Below are positions 41,501 to 51,792 of a stretch of 64,000 nucleotides of DNA, piece by piece. Under the pieces are notes generated by a model. That model was given only the letters and a program-made list of their open reading frames with translations. It was not told the DNA's origin and made no database searches. The stretch covers positions 1 to 64,000 of IMG/VR virus record IMGVR_UViG_3300042691_037350; one strand, given 5' to 3'. Each line of letters opens with the position of its first letter. The stretch's first letter is position 1. Source of the stretch: a virus. Made by a program: the position numbers and the translations under genes.

Positions 41501-42850
41501 AGTTTTCCTTTTCCGTCTGGCGGATGGAATTATGCGGACTATCCTCCACACATTACTGGATATATACAGCAAACTATACCCAAAGTGAAATATACTGGAA
41601 CGTATATACAACCGTTTAATAGTTCAGATGTGTATTTATACATTGATAATAATCCATTTATTAGTGGCAATAGGGTTGGCATCAAATTCAATAGCTACCA
41701 AGGTTATGCTGCTTTACCATTTAATAGTACAGGCGTAAGGCTCACAGATGTTACAGGTAGTGTGGTATTATTGAGGAATGCTGTTACGCCAACATTCTCA
41801 GTAAAGAGTGGTACTATTGATGCATATGATATACTCAGCATTTCATCTGGATCAATTTCTAATCAAATTAAAATTATACATAGAACTGGTGTAGCTGATG
41901 AGTTTGCGGTTAATAAACATATAGATCTAATTAGTTTGACAAATCCCAACATCTCTGTACAAGGTAATATTTTTCCAAATAAAGATAGATTAACTATTAT
42001 TTCTGGCTCGTCCACAGAGTCATATGCTGCTGTTGGATCTTTGGTGTTTAGTGGAACCTTAACTAATGGCAGTTCTGTTATTACTAATTGTAGTGTTAAT
42101 CCATTAAATATATTAAATACTGGCATTGTTTTATATAGTCCAACTAATACATTACCAAGTAATCATGTAGTATCTTCTATTACTTCTAATACTATCACTC
42201 TATCGTCTAATTATACTGGGGCTACGACTAATAATGTACTAATATATTATAGTGGATATAATTTAAATAATTATTATAGTAATTTACTAGATGCTAGTGG
42301 AACAGGTTTATGTGAAGCTAGACACAATATATATCATTCTAGTAATAATTTACCACAAATAGCCTTTAGTTCTGGTACTAATATTAACGCTAACGGTCAG
42401 TCAACTTTTGCTATTACAGGAACGCCTAATGTTGTTGGTTCCTATATTTATCGTGTTGCTACATCCGAAAATTCTGGTTTGCCACTAGTAACAGGAATAA
42501 CGCAGTGGGCGCCTAAGAAATATGGCAAAGACTATTCATTAACAATTACTACACGACCAATTATCGTGGCCCCATCCGCCACTGTATCATTAGTCAATAA
42601 TTCATGGACATATAGTTTTGCAGTTACTGGCGGTTATGTGCCTAGAGCAGATAGATTCCTAGAGATCGAGCTTAACGGATATATTCATACTTTTAATCGC
42701 ACACAAACTATTGTATCTCATTCTGGTATTTTATTTACATTAACTTCAAAGCCAGGATTTAATTGGTCTGGTATATTTCAAAGTCCGGTTGCTTTGAAAG
42801 TGTACGATGAGACTGGGTTTGATCTTACATATATTAATGCGGTATATTAA
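32578..42850 (+). CDS. Giant fibre/adhesin-like virion protein (~3,400 aa), frameshifted near the start by the duplication
   Basis: ATG 32578 overlaps the upstream stop; collagen, [14 protein letters not shown] fibre repeats, GLDADLLDG, YadA-like head repeats, Ig-like GTLPPGLTF; main ORF 32759-42850. Confidence 0.8.
32589..32686 (+). repeat. Exact 49-bp tandem duplication
   Basis: aaatgttattgaacaaaataataattctaaatatttaattattagtcag at 32589-32637 and 32638-32686. Confidence 0.95.
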
Positions 42851-42852
42851 TT

Positions 42853-43995
42853 ATGGCTAATATTATTCTTCAAACACCACCACAAAATGTTCTAGTTATC
42901 AATCAGTCTACAGACGGTAGTTCTGACGGCGTTATTAGCACCAATCTGAATATTGATGACGCATTTCATCATTTTATATCAGTAATTGCTGTAGACAGAG
43001 GATTACCGGGTATACCAGGACCACCTGGACCTTCAGGTTTATCTATAATAGGCCCACAAGGACCGCCAGGTCCAATTGGTCCTCCAGGCGTTAAAGGCGA
43101 CACTGGTGCTCCAGGTAGTGGTATAAATAATTTATTAATTAATAATATATTAAATTTATCAGGACAATATTCCTATCTTAATATATATGGTAGCGGAGGA
43201 ACCTCTGTTTTTACTTCATTATCAGGGCTTACAATTGGCTCCCCCATCTCAGCACCACTAGATCACAATCATTATGCTAATAATATTATTGGAATACAAG
43301 AATATGTTGATGATAGAATAGATACATTATTAGAGCCTGGTACTGGTATATTTATAGCCTATAATGATCAACTAGACACATTAACAATTAGTGTGACTGG
43401 TTTGAAAATTGGACAAGATATTCAAGCATTTAGTAGCGGTTTGTTAAATTTAGCTAATTTAATTACTAGTAGTGGCGATTATATATACGCTACGGGTAAT
43501 CAACAATTTACTACTGGTAGAATATCATCTGCTGGCAGATCATTAATAGACGATTTAACAGCGACCGATCAAAGATCAACTTTGGGCCTAGGATCAATAG
43601 CCACTTTTGCGTCTGGTGATTTTGCTAGAATTATTGGAGATAATAATTTTAATGGTAGCCAATCTTTTTCGGATGGTTCTCTAAGTAGGTTTTCAGCTTA
43701 TAATAATGTAATTACTTCTAATAACTATACTATTTTACAGTCCGACAACGGTAAGGTATTGGTATTTAGCGCAAATAGTGTAGTTAATGTTGTAGTTCCT
43801 TCAGATTTATCAGTTGGTTTTAATTGTTTATTGGCACAAACTGGAAACGGACAAGTTAGACTCACCGGATCCAATTTGGTGAATAGACTAGGTCATACTA
43901 AATTAGTTGGACAATATTCTATTGCTACTATTGTTAAGCCTACTAATAATTTAACTATTTTAAGTGGTGACACTACTAGTAGTAATAATTCATAA
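42853..43995 (+). CDS. Collagen-containing fibre protein
   Basis: GPPGP collagen segment; [19 protein letters not shown]; C-terminal [14 protein letters not shown] domain. Confidence 0.75.
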   Translation: MANIILQTPPQNVLVINQSTDGSSDGVISTNLNIDDAFHHFISVIAVDRGLPGIPGPPGPSGLSIIGPQGPPGPIGPPGVKGDTGAPGSGINNLLINNILNLSGQYSYLNIYGSGGTSVFTSLSGLTIGSPISAPLDHNHYANNIIGIQEYVDDRIDTLLEPGTGIFIAYNDQLDTLTISVTGLKIGQDIQAFSSGLLNLANLITSSGDYIYATGNQQFTTGRISSAGRSLIDDLTATDQRSTLGLGSIATFASGDFARIIGDNNFNGSQSFSDGSLSRFSAYNNVITSNNYTILQSDNGKVLVFSANSVVNVVVPSDLSVGFNCLLAQTGNGQVRLTGSNLVNRLGHTKLVGQYSIATIVKPTNNLTILSGDTTSSNNS

Positions 43996-44006
43996 TAGGA
44001 AAATTT

Positions 44007-44285
44007 ATGATATTACCACCGTTTTTCGGATCGTCTACTAAATCTCAAGATAATAGTTGGGATGCTTTACGAACTACTTTTTTTGGTGTAGACACCTTGA
44101 CTTTTCCCTTACCAGAAAAATTTATTAATTTGACATTTTTTGGAATAGACTGCATGACCCACACACTACCTACTACGACGCTTCATCAAACATTTTTTAG
44201 CATAGATACCCTCACTTATGAATTACCTAATACTAAAATACATCTTGGGTTTATGGGAATAGATGTTTTAACTTATCGAACCTAA
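44007..44285 (+). CDS. Small protein with four 19-aa repeats
   Basis: TFFGVDTLT / TFFGIDCMT / TFFSIDTLT / GFMGIDVLT. Confidence 0.65.
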   Translation: MILPPFFGSSTKSQDNSWDALRTTFFGVDTLTFPLPEKFINLTFFGIDCMTHTLPTTTLHQTFFSIDTLTYELPNTKIHLGFMGIDVLTYRT

Positions 44286-44294
44286 AGGATTTTT

Positions 44295-45695
44295 ATGGCT
44301 ACATTATTTTTTGAAGGTTTTAATATACAAAATACTGATACCACCCCATATTTGGATCCCATATACTGGAGCAGGCCATTTGATCCCAACTTGCCAAGAC
44401 TACAGTTTACCTCCTTCTCCATAAATACTGATACTATATTGGGCGCTACTAATGGTGGGCTGCGTATATCGGGATATTTTCTGGACACAAATCCTATACA
44501 ACAACCTACTTTTATACAACTGAGTGGCATTTCAGGGTTAAACAGCGATCAAATTTATATATCTTTTAGAGTAGCAGGCTTAACACACAATGATATTTTT
44601 AATAATAGTTTTCCTTTTACCTGTAAATTATTTACATTATGTAATGGAGATAGTGAAAGTTTAGTATTTGATACTGTTAGAACCTCGGGTGTCAGTATAC
44701 AAGGAGGAACTCAGTGGAAGCATGCAAATAGTGGGATAGGTATCTCTGTTAAACAGTCTGGGAGCGAATTGGGATTATTCGATTTAAGAATAGGAGATTT
44801 AGCTAATTATGCCATAACCGACGCAAGAATAGATGGATTAGGTTCAAATGGGCCTTTAGGAATAGTAAATAATCTATCGAATGTTCAAACTAGATTTATA
44901 CATTTAGAATTTTTAATAGATCGTACTAATAATAGACTAAATTGTAGATTAGAAGGTTTCGATCTCTTAAATAGATTAACTAATTTTCCGTATAATCCCC
45001 ATGCTAGTGGATTGAATACGTTTGATCTTATCGATAATATTAAATTTTATAATAGGGGTATTACTAGTACTAATGGAGGTTCATTAACAAATTCTTTTTG
45101 GGGATTTGATAATGGAGCTATTACTATTGATGATTTAGCTATTTGTAATAATAGTGGAAATAGTCCCAATATGTGGATGGGGCCAAAAACTAGAATTTAT
45201 TTATTAAGAAATAATTTGTATGCTGGAGAAAGTAGTAATTGGACCCTCAAACAAGACTGGGCACTAGGAGCAGGAGGATACGATTCCGCATTAGATACTA
45301 GAAATGGAGACGCATCATATATATTCTCTGAAACTAGCGGACATATCAGTGCCGCGCCATTAACAACACCAGGTAGTGAGCTATTGTCTCCCAGCTCATA
45401 TTTTAGTAATGGAATTGGAGGTATTAGATTATTTAATGATGTACGTAAAACATTTTTAGATAGTAATTTTGTTAATGTTTACGCTACTGGAACCGGCGTT
45501 ATGAATAACTCATCCTACGTAGAGATAGGCCCAACATATACTGTACAAAATTCTACATATAATATAAAAAATAGCTTTATATTTAATAATCCAATAACTA
45601 ATACACCATGGACTTCTGGCACATTTTTTAAAGTGGGTCAAAATTCATCAACAAATTATCAAACATCTGGATATTTTGGAATTAAAAAACTATGA
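44295..45695 (+). CDS. Putative virion lectin-like protein
   Basis: MATLFFEGF...IDDLAI...NPITNTPWT pattern. Confidence 0.6.
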   Translation: MATLFFEGFNIQNTDTTPYLDPIYWSRPFDPNLPRLQFTSFSINTDTILGATNGGLRISGYFLDTNPIQQPTFIQLSGISGLNSDQIYISFRVAGLTHNDIFNNSFPFTCKLFTLCNGDSESLVFDTVRTSGVSIQGGTQWKHANSGIGISVKQSGSELGLFDLRIGDLANYAITDARIDGLGSNGPLGIVNNLSNVQTRFIHLEFLIDRTNNRLNCRLEGFDLLNRLTNFPYNPHASGLNTFDLIDNIKFYNRGITSTNGGSLTNSFWGFDNGAITIDDLAICNNSGNSPNMWMGPKTRIYLLRNNLYAGESSNWTLKQDWALGAGGYDSALDTRNGDASYIFSETSGHISAAPLTTPGSELLSPSSYFSNGIGGIRLFNDVRKTFLDSNFVNVYATGTGVMNNSSYVEIGPTYTVQNSTYNIKNSFIFNNPITNTPWTSGTFFKVGQNSSTNYQTSGYFGIKKL

Positions 45696-48280
45696 AAGAA
45701 AGAATAAGGCTTAGAAGAGATACTTCGTTAAATTGGAGTACTAATAATCCTGTGCTTGGCAGTGGTGAGCCTGGTGTAGAGTTAGATTCTAATAGAATAA
45801 AAATAGGCAATGGTAATGATTCATGGAACTTATTACCATATATGCTAGGCAATATTTCTGGATTAGAGCTAACCTTTGGCAACGGACAAGTTAATAGTTT
45901 ATACTGGGATGCTGGAGAAAGGTTGGATATAGTTGGTTCTGGGGATACAGCTATATATTTTGATGATACTAATAATATAATAACTATATATAGTAGTGGG
46001 TCATCTTTAGGCGCAATTACTGGTGCTCTAGGTTATATTCCTCAACCTTCTGGAAATTATAGCACTATTGGACATATACACGCTATTGCTGATATTAGTG
46101 GACTACAAAATACTTTAGATAGCAAACAATCTACTGGCATATATGCTAGTGGAGTACATTATCATCAGATTACTGATATTAGTGGCTTAGTTAATGAGCT
46201 TAACAGTAAACAACCAGTAGGTTCTTATGCACCAGCCAACCATAATCATCCCCTATATATTTCTAATGGTGCCAATAGAGTAATATCATATAATACTGGA
46301 GAAGATTTAATTATTGCTGGTAGTGGATCTACTAATGTATTTTTTAATGATGCTGCTAATGCTATAATTATTAGTAGTAGCGGAGGTGGTATTGGAAGTT
46401 ATTTTGCTGGCTCTGGTATCAATATCGTTGGTGCAGAAATTAGCAATACGGGAGTATTATCATTTAATGGTCGTAGGGGAGAGGTGACTTTAACTAGCGG
46501 AGATATTGCTCCATTAATATCTCTACAGAGCGTTCAAGGCGTACAAGGTATTACTGGATCTACGGGTAGTCAAGGTGTTCAGGGTATTACTGGAAGTACG
46601 GGCTCTACGGGTAGTCAGGGTGTTCAAGGTATCCAAGGTATTACCGGTCCCGTAGCTGGTAGCGCTAATCAAGTGGTATATAAAAATGCTAGTAATACAG
46701 TTACGGGATCTAATAACCTCACATTCTCCGACGCTGTATCACAACTGACAGTTAGTGGATCTATTGTAGGATCTTCAGGTGATTTAAATACTTTAAAATT
46801 TTCTACTATAGATGTATCTAGCCTACCAGCGTCCACAGGATTATCTTCTAGCGGAGTTGTGATCGTTGTTGAACCAACAGGTATCGTAACCACATATAAA
46901 TTAACAGGAGATGGATTAAGATCATCGCTATTAGCGCAACCAGCACAACTAAGATTCCGACAAGGTACAGAAGCTGAAAGACTATTAATAACCCCAGCTA
47001 GTGGAGAACCGATTTGGACTACAGATACTCAACGATTCTATATTGGAGACGGAAGCACTAGTGGAGGAGACTTTATCGGTCCGGGACCATATAGATATGC
47101 GGGAACCGGATATACAAATATAGCGCCAATACATTCTACTATAGGATATATTAGTGGAACTTTTTCAAATATTCTTGGAGGATACAATAATACTGTTAGT
47201 GGTATATATCTATCTATATCTAATGGTCAGCACAATACTATTACAGACACAACTGAGACATTTGGAACAACTGTGTCTGGTAATTCTAGCATAATTAATG
47301 GCACAGGCAATAGAATTCTGGAAGGAGGAGGATGCATTATCGGAGGAGGATATAGAAACTCTATATCAGGAGGATTTGGTAATGTTATAGTCGGAGGAGG
47401 AGATTCTTTTTGGGGAGGAAATAGTATAAGTGGTAGTCGTCATTTTATCGGAGCTGGCATCGGAAATATTATTGTTAGTGGTATTTGTAGTAGTATAGTA
47501 GGTGGAGGATTTAGAGGATTTGGAGCAAATTATGGTAATTTTGTTGCATCCAGTTTTGGTTTTATCGGAGGAGGAGATAGAAATATTATATCAACAGGAA
47601 GCCCATGGTCAGCTATAGTTAATGGATATAATAATGCCATATCATCAGGATGTACAGCATCAACGATTGGAGGAGGCGCAAATAATAACATATCTTATGT
47701 AACCGGATTAAATGTATTTTTTCCAATATTTGGTAGTCAAAACACAACAGCTCAGACAATAGGTGGAGGCTGGTCTAACACAGCATCTGCTTTGTATTCT
47801 ACAATCCCTGGAGGTTTTAGAGCTAAGACAACACGTTTTGGAGAGCTTGCTCACGCTGCCGGACATTTTGGTTTTATAGGAGATGCTCAACATACAACAC
47901 TGATCGCCAGAAACACTACCACAAATAATACTGCTAATCAAATACTTTATCTAGACGGAACCTCCCACTTATTAACTCTATCTGCTAAAACAACATCAGT
48001 GTTTAGTATTAAACTTAGTGCCTACAATGATACAGATAGTGCTGCTGCTGGTTGGATTTTCAGAGGAGTTGTTAAAAGAGATGGGGCTAATAATACTTCT
48101 ATAATTGGTAGTATAATAGAAGAAAATTGGAAAGAGTTATCTATGAGTTCCACTGTTGCAAATGTGGTGGCTAACGATACTACTGAATCTTTAGATATAT
48201 TAGTTACCGGATTAACAGGTAAAAATATTCGCTGGGTAGCTGTGATAGATATTAGTCAAGTTAGCTATGGAACACCATAA
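45692..48280 (+). CDS. Fibre protein with two Mtd_N-like motifs, collagen and GG-N beta-roll repeats
   Basis: IRLRRDT..NPVLGSGEPGVELD..IKIGNG; HxH repeats; RFRQGT..PASGEP..FYIGDG; IGGGxxN repeats. Confidence 0.75.
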   Translation: MKERIRLRRDTSLNWSTNNPVLGSGEPGVELDSNRIKIGNGNDSWNLLPYMLGNISGLELTFGNGQVNSLYWDAGERLDIVGSGDTAIYFDDTNNIITIYSSGSSLGAITGALGYIPQPSGNYSTIGHIHAIADISGLQNTLDSKQSTGIYASGVHYHQITDISGLVNELNSKQPVGSYAPANHNHPLYISNGANRVISYNTGEDLIIAGSGSTNVFFNDAANAIIISSSGGGIGSYFAGSGINIVGAEISNTGVLSFNGRRGEVTLTSGDIAPLISLQSVQGVQGITGSTGSQGVQGITGSTGSTGSQGVQGIQGITGPVAGSANQVVYKNASNTVTGSNNLTFSDAVSQLTVSGSIVGSSGDLNTLKFSTIDVSSLPASTGLSSSGVVIVVEPTGIVTTYKLTGDGLRSSLLAQPAQLRFRQGTEAERLLITPASGEPIWTTDTQRFYIGDGSTSGGDFIGPGPYRYAGTGYTNIAPIHSTIGYISGTFSNILGGYNNTVSGIYLSISNGQHNTITDTTETFGTTVSGNSSIINGTGNRILEGGGCIIGGGYRNSISGGFGNVIVGGGDSFWGGNSISGSRHFIGAGIGNIIVSGICSSIVGGGFRGFGANYGNFVASSFGFIGGGDRNIISTGSPWSAIVNGYNNAISSGCTASTIGGGANNNISYVTGLNVFFPIFGSQNTTAQTIGGGWSNTASALYSTIPGGFRAKTTRFGELAHAAGHFGFIGDAQHTTLIARNTTTNNTANQILYLDGTSHLLTLSAKTTSVFSIKLSAYNDTDSAAAGWIFRGVVKRDGANNTSIIGSIIEENWKELSMSSTVANVVANDTTESLDILVTGLTGKNIRWVAVIDISQVSYGTP

Positions 48281-49506
48281 TGCATAATGCAGTGGGAATA
48301 CCTCTTAATTGTGGATCATTTATTGGATCCAATTCTCCGACCTATTCCTTTCATAAGCCAAGTATAGGGGGTGATGATTTTAGATTAATTGCAAGTCCTA
48401 TAACTAGAGTAATAAGTCAAGCATCTTCAGGAATTTTAATCAATAAAGATGTAAATTTATACAGAGTCAGTGGTGCTACTACTATTACTGATTACGCTAT
48501 TATCGTTAACCAATTAGTGCCTGGAACATATAATATTACAGTCACTAGTAGTGATACAGGCATATTAAGAAATCCTGACATTTATGGAGTATGTAGTGGA
48601 GTAGCATCGGGTACTGTGTTATTATTGGCTTCATCATCAGTTAATGGATCATTTAGTAGCATTAGTACATCTGTTAATAATCCCGTAGGCACAACAGGAG
48701 TATCTTTTATTGGGTATGTTTCTGGAAGTTTATCAAAAATGTGTTCTGATGCTATAGATGTTAGAATAGTTGATAAGGTAGCGTCTTTCTCGAAGCCCAT
48801 ATTTTCTACACAAAATCATAATAGTGGTATTTATGTTAGAAATACTGGATGCTGGGCTTCTGGTATTGATTTAACATGTATTAGTCCTTGGAACAGCACA
48901 GACAGTGTTAATAGGGCTGGGACTTTGATTAGTCCCAGGCACATTTTATTTGCTGCTCATTATCAAATTAATAATGGAGCAACTATTAGATTTGTAGATA
49001 ATAACAATAACATTATTACCAGAACCATGGTAAATAAATTAACTCATCCAAATTATACTCCATATCAACCAGACCTAACAATAGGTGTTTTGAACAGTGA
49101 TGTGCCGAGTAGTATTAAATTTGTTAAAATTTTACCCCAAAATTGGACAAATTATTTACCTAATTTATCATACAACTATGTAGTTCCGTGCTTGGTATTG
49201 GACCAAGAAGAAAAAGCTTTAATCAGTGATCTTATTAATTTATCTAGTGTTGCTAATTTTAGTATACCAAGGAACCCTAAAAGATATGAATTTTTTGAAA
49301 ATATTGTTGCTGGAGACAGTGGAAATCCAGCGTTTTTGATTATTAATGGAGAGTTAGTTTTGGTTACTGTCTGGACATATGGAGGTTCTGGCGCCGGAAC
49401 ACATATTGCTTATTATAAGGACGATATTAATACCATGATGATAGCTTTGGGTGGAGGTTACACTTTAACTGAAATATCTTTAAATGATTTAGCATATTAT
49501 GTTTGA
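48280..49506 (+). CDS. Trypsin-like serine protease
   Basis: GTLISPRHILFAAHY (His), PDLTIG (Asp), GDSGNP (Ser). Confidence 0.85.
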   Translation: MHNAVGIPLNCGSFIGSNSPTYSFHKPSIGGDDFRLIASPITRVISQASSGILINKDVNLYRVSGATTITDYAIIVNQLVPGTYNITVTSSDTGILRNPDIYGVCSGVASGTVLLLASSSVNGSFSSISTSVNNPVGTTGVSFIGYVSGSLSKMCSDAIDVRIVDKVASFSKPIFSTQNHNSGIYVRNTGCWASGIDLTCISPWNSTDSVNRAGTLISPRHILFAAHYQINNGATIRFVDNNNNIITRTMVNKLTHPNYTPYQPDLTIGVLNSDVPSSIKFVKILPQNWTNYLPNLSYNYVVPCLVLDQEEKALISDLINLSSVANFSIPRNPKRYEFFENIVAGDSGNPAFLIINGELVLVTVWTYGGSGAGTHIAYYKDDINTMMIALGGGYTLTEISLNDLAYYV

Positions 49507-49622
49507 TTATATTACACAAACATAGCGGTGTATTACTATTTAGTTTCTCATAGTCAACAATATTCGACAAAAATGAATAGTATTAAACAAGCATCATCTA
49601 TAGAAGAATTGGATAGTATTAT

Positions 49623-50156
49623 ATGACTAATATATTTAACAATGTTTTTACTCCGGAATTCAAGGGGTTGTTTAATAATGCTATAGATGCTATTTTAGAA
49701 CAAAATGCCCTTAGTCTGCCTTGTAAATTAATATATTCCAATACCAACCCAGTGTTATGTAATAATTGCATCTTCGATCCTTTATCTAATCGATCTTTAA
49801 ATAAGTATAACGGCACCGGACCATCCCCATTTGGAGATCTTAGTATATGCCCTGTGTGTAATGGTTTTGGTTTTGATGCATCCAATAAAGAAGAACTAGT
49901 TTATTTAGCAGTCTTATTCGACAGTAAACATTGGTTTAACTGGAATTCTAAATCTAATACTATTCGCGTACCAGATGGTATGGTACAAACTATTTGTAAG
50001 TCTGATTTACTTCCCAAAATTAGAAATGCAGATAGGGTTTTAATAGATACAAACAAAGAAAATTATGGGTCTTATTATTATACCAGAGCAAACGATCCTG
50101 AGTTTGCTGGTTTTGGAGATACAAGATACATATTTACAATGTGGCAGAGATCCTAA
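49623..50156 (+). CDS. Neck/head-closure protein with CxxC motifs
   Basis: CNNC...CPVCNG; located before the tail genes. Confidence 0.55.
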   Translation: MTNIFNNVFTPEFKGLFNNAIDAILEQNALSLPCKLIYSNTNPVLCNNCIFDPLSNRSLNKYNGTGPSPFGDLSICPVCNGFGFDASNKEELVYLAVLFDSKHWFNWNSKSNTIRVPDGMVQTICKSDLLPKIRNADRVLIDTNKENYGSYYYTRANDPEFAGFGDTRYIFTMWQRS

Positions 50157-50800
50157 TGAAAATTACATTTAGATTGGTAGATAGTGATTCTGATATTCAA
50201 AAACAAATTTTAAATTTACTTAAAGATACTATGGATAAAGCTTTTAAACAATGTTTGCCTAAAATAAAACATAGAGTTAAACAAGAAGTCAAAGACGCTA
50301 TTGTTACTGAACCAGAATATCAATCGTTAATTGGAGGTAAACTAAAATATGAATTTGGTATTCCTTCGAGTCAAAAAATAGAATCTATTATAGATATTTG
50401 GATTAATAATATTACTATAAATTATAGCGGTATTAAAATTGGAGGAAGGGGATTGAGCGGCAGTTTATCTCTTGGAATGATTAGATCTTCTTATGATGAT
50501 GTCTTAGCTAATGATGGAGCCACAGTAGTAGATAGTCAATCGGGAGCAGTATTACCTTGGTTAGAATGGTTATTATTATATGGTGGTAAAATCATTGTGA
50601 GAGACTATAAAGTTCAAATAGCCCCCAATTCTAGATCAAGAACAGGAATGGCAATTATGGTGCAGTCTGGTGGTAGTAATTGGAGAGTACCACCAGAGTT
50701 TGCTGGCACAGCTTCTAATAATTGGATAACTAGAGCATTAGATAAAATAGATTCAAAAATTACAGACATACTAGAAGAAGAACTGGAGAAAGCAATATGA
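50156..50800 (+). CDS. Neck/tail-completion protein
   Basis: LPWLEWLL..G...NNWITRALD; position. Confidence 0.5.
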   Translation: MKITFRLVDSDSDIQKQILNLLKDTMDKAFKQCLPKIKHRVKQEVKDAIVTEPEYQSLIGGKLKYEFGIPSSQKIESIIDIWINNITINYSGIKIGGRGLSGSLSLGMIRSSYDDVLANDGATVVDSQSGAVLPWLEWLLLYGGKIIVRDYKVQIAPNSRSRTGMAIMVQSGGSNWRVPPEFAGTASNNWITRALDKIDSKITDILEEELEKAI

Positions 50801-51756
50801 GTTGTGAAGATTATACTCGTTTTAATAATGTTTCTAGTATAGGTCAAAATTTTTTAATAGAACAATTAGAAGACAATATAAAGAGTTTTCTTGATTGGGG
50901 CTTACTAAATATAGGCGGATTTGTTAATGTAGATATCCCAACCAGTGGAATTAATAGTAATTTACCCCATCAACTAAAACAAACCAACGATCCTGGCTTT
51001 GTGACTGGTAGAGTATGGCAAACTACTAGAAAAGATTTGGTTTGGGAAACTGGCGTTAATTTTAATGGATATAGTCCCAATAACATTTCTGGTGTTAAAA
51101 TAAACAATACTTTATATCCAGCTCCAACAGGAAGTGGTTCTTATGGTTATTATATAAATTATCCTATGGGTAGAGTAATTTTTAATAATCCTGTTTCTAA
51201 TGTTGCTCCAGTGATGGAGTATAGCTATAGATGGTGTCAAGTTTATAAAGCTAGTAGTTCGCCCTGGTGGACAGAACTACAAGGCGATCTATTAGACCCT
51301 AATCCTCAATTCTCTCAAAAAGATAAGGGAGATTTTAATATTACGGCCAATCACAGAGTCCAAATGCCCTGCATCATTATTGAGCCTATTTCTAGAAGTA
51401 GCTCTACTCCTTGGCAATTAGGCTCTAACGACTTTATGATAGATCAAGATATTTTATTACATATTTTTACCGAGAGAGCATCGGATAAAAATACTTTAGC
51501 CGATATTATTAGACTACAAAAACACAAAACTATCTGGCTTTATGATATTAGAAAAGTAGTATCTAGCGGAGTTCATGGTTTGGATCATAGAGGAGCCATG
51601 AATATTAATGGTAAAATATATTCTGATTTAGTTATGAATCCAGATTATAGATGGCATAAATGTTTTTTTAAAGATGTGGCCATATTAGATATGGAAACCG
51701 ATAACAACACTCTTTTTTGGTGTACAATACGTTTGACGGCCGAAGTTATTATCTAA
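50797..51756 (+). CDS. Tail terminator-like protein
   Basis: QMPCIIIE...QLG...DILLHIF; immediately upstream of the tail tube gene. Confidence 0.5.
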   Translation: MSCEDYTRFNNVSSIGQNFLIEQLEDNIKSFLDWGLLNIGGFVNVDIPTSGINSNLPHQLKQTNDPGFVTGRVWQTTRKDLVWETGVNFNGYSPNNISGVKINNTLYPAPTGSGSYGYYINYPMGRVIFNNPVSNVAPVMEYSYRWCQVYKASSSPWWTELQGDLLDPNPQFSQKDKGDFNITANHRVQMPCIIIEPISRSSSTPWQLGSNDFMIDQDILLHIFTERASDKNTLADIIRLQKHKTIWLYDIRKVVSSGVHGLDHRGAMNINGKIYSDLVMNPDYRWHKCFFKDVAILDMETDNNTLFWCTIRLTAEVII

Positions 51757-51792
51757 AATAAACTCTTAAAGTTCCAATAATCGGAGACTATT

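Noticed and set aside
18476-48280. Diversity-generating retroelement suggested by Mtd_N-like domains
   Set aside because: No reverse transcriptase or TR/VR pair seen; Mtd_N is only an attachment domain
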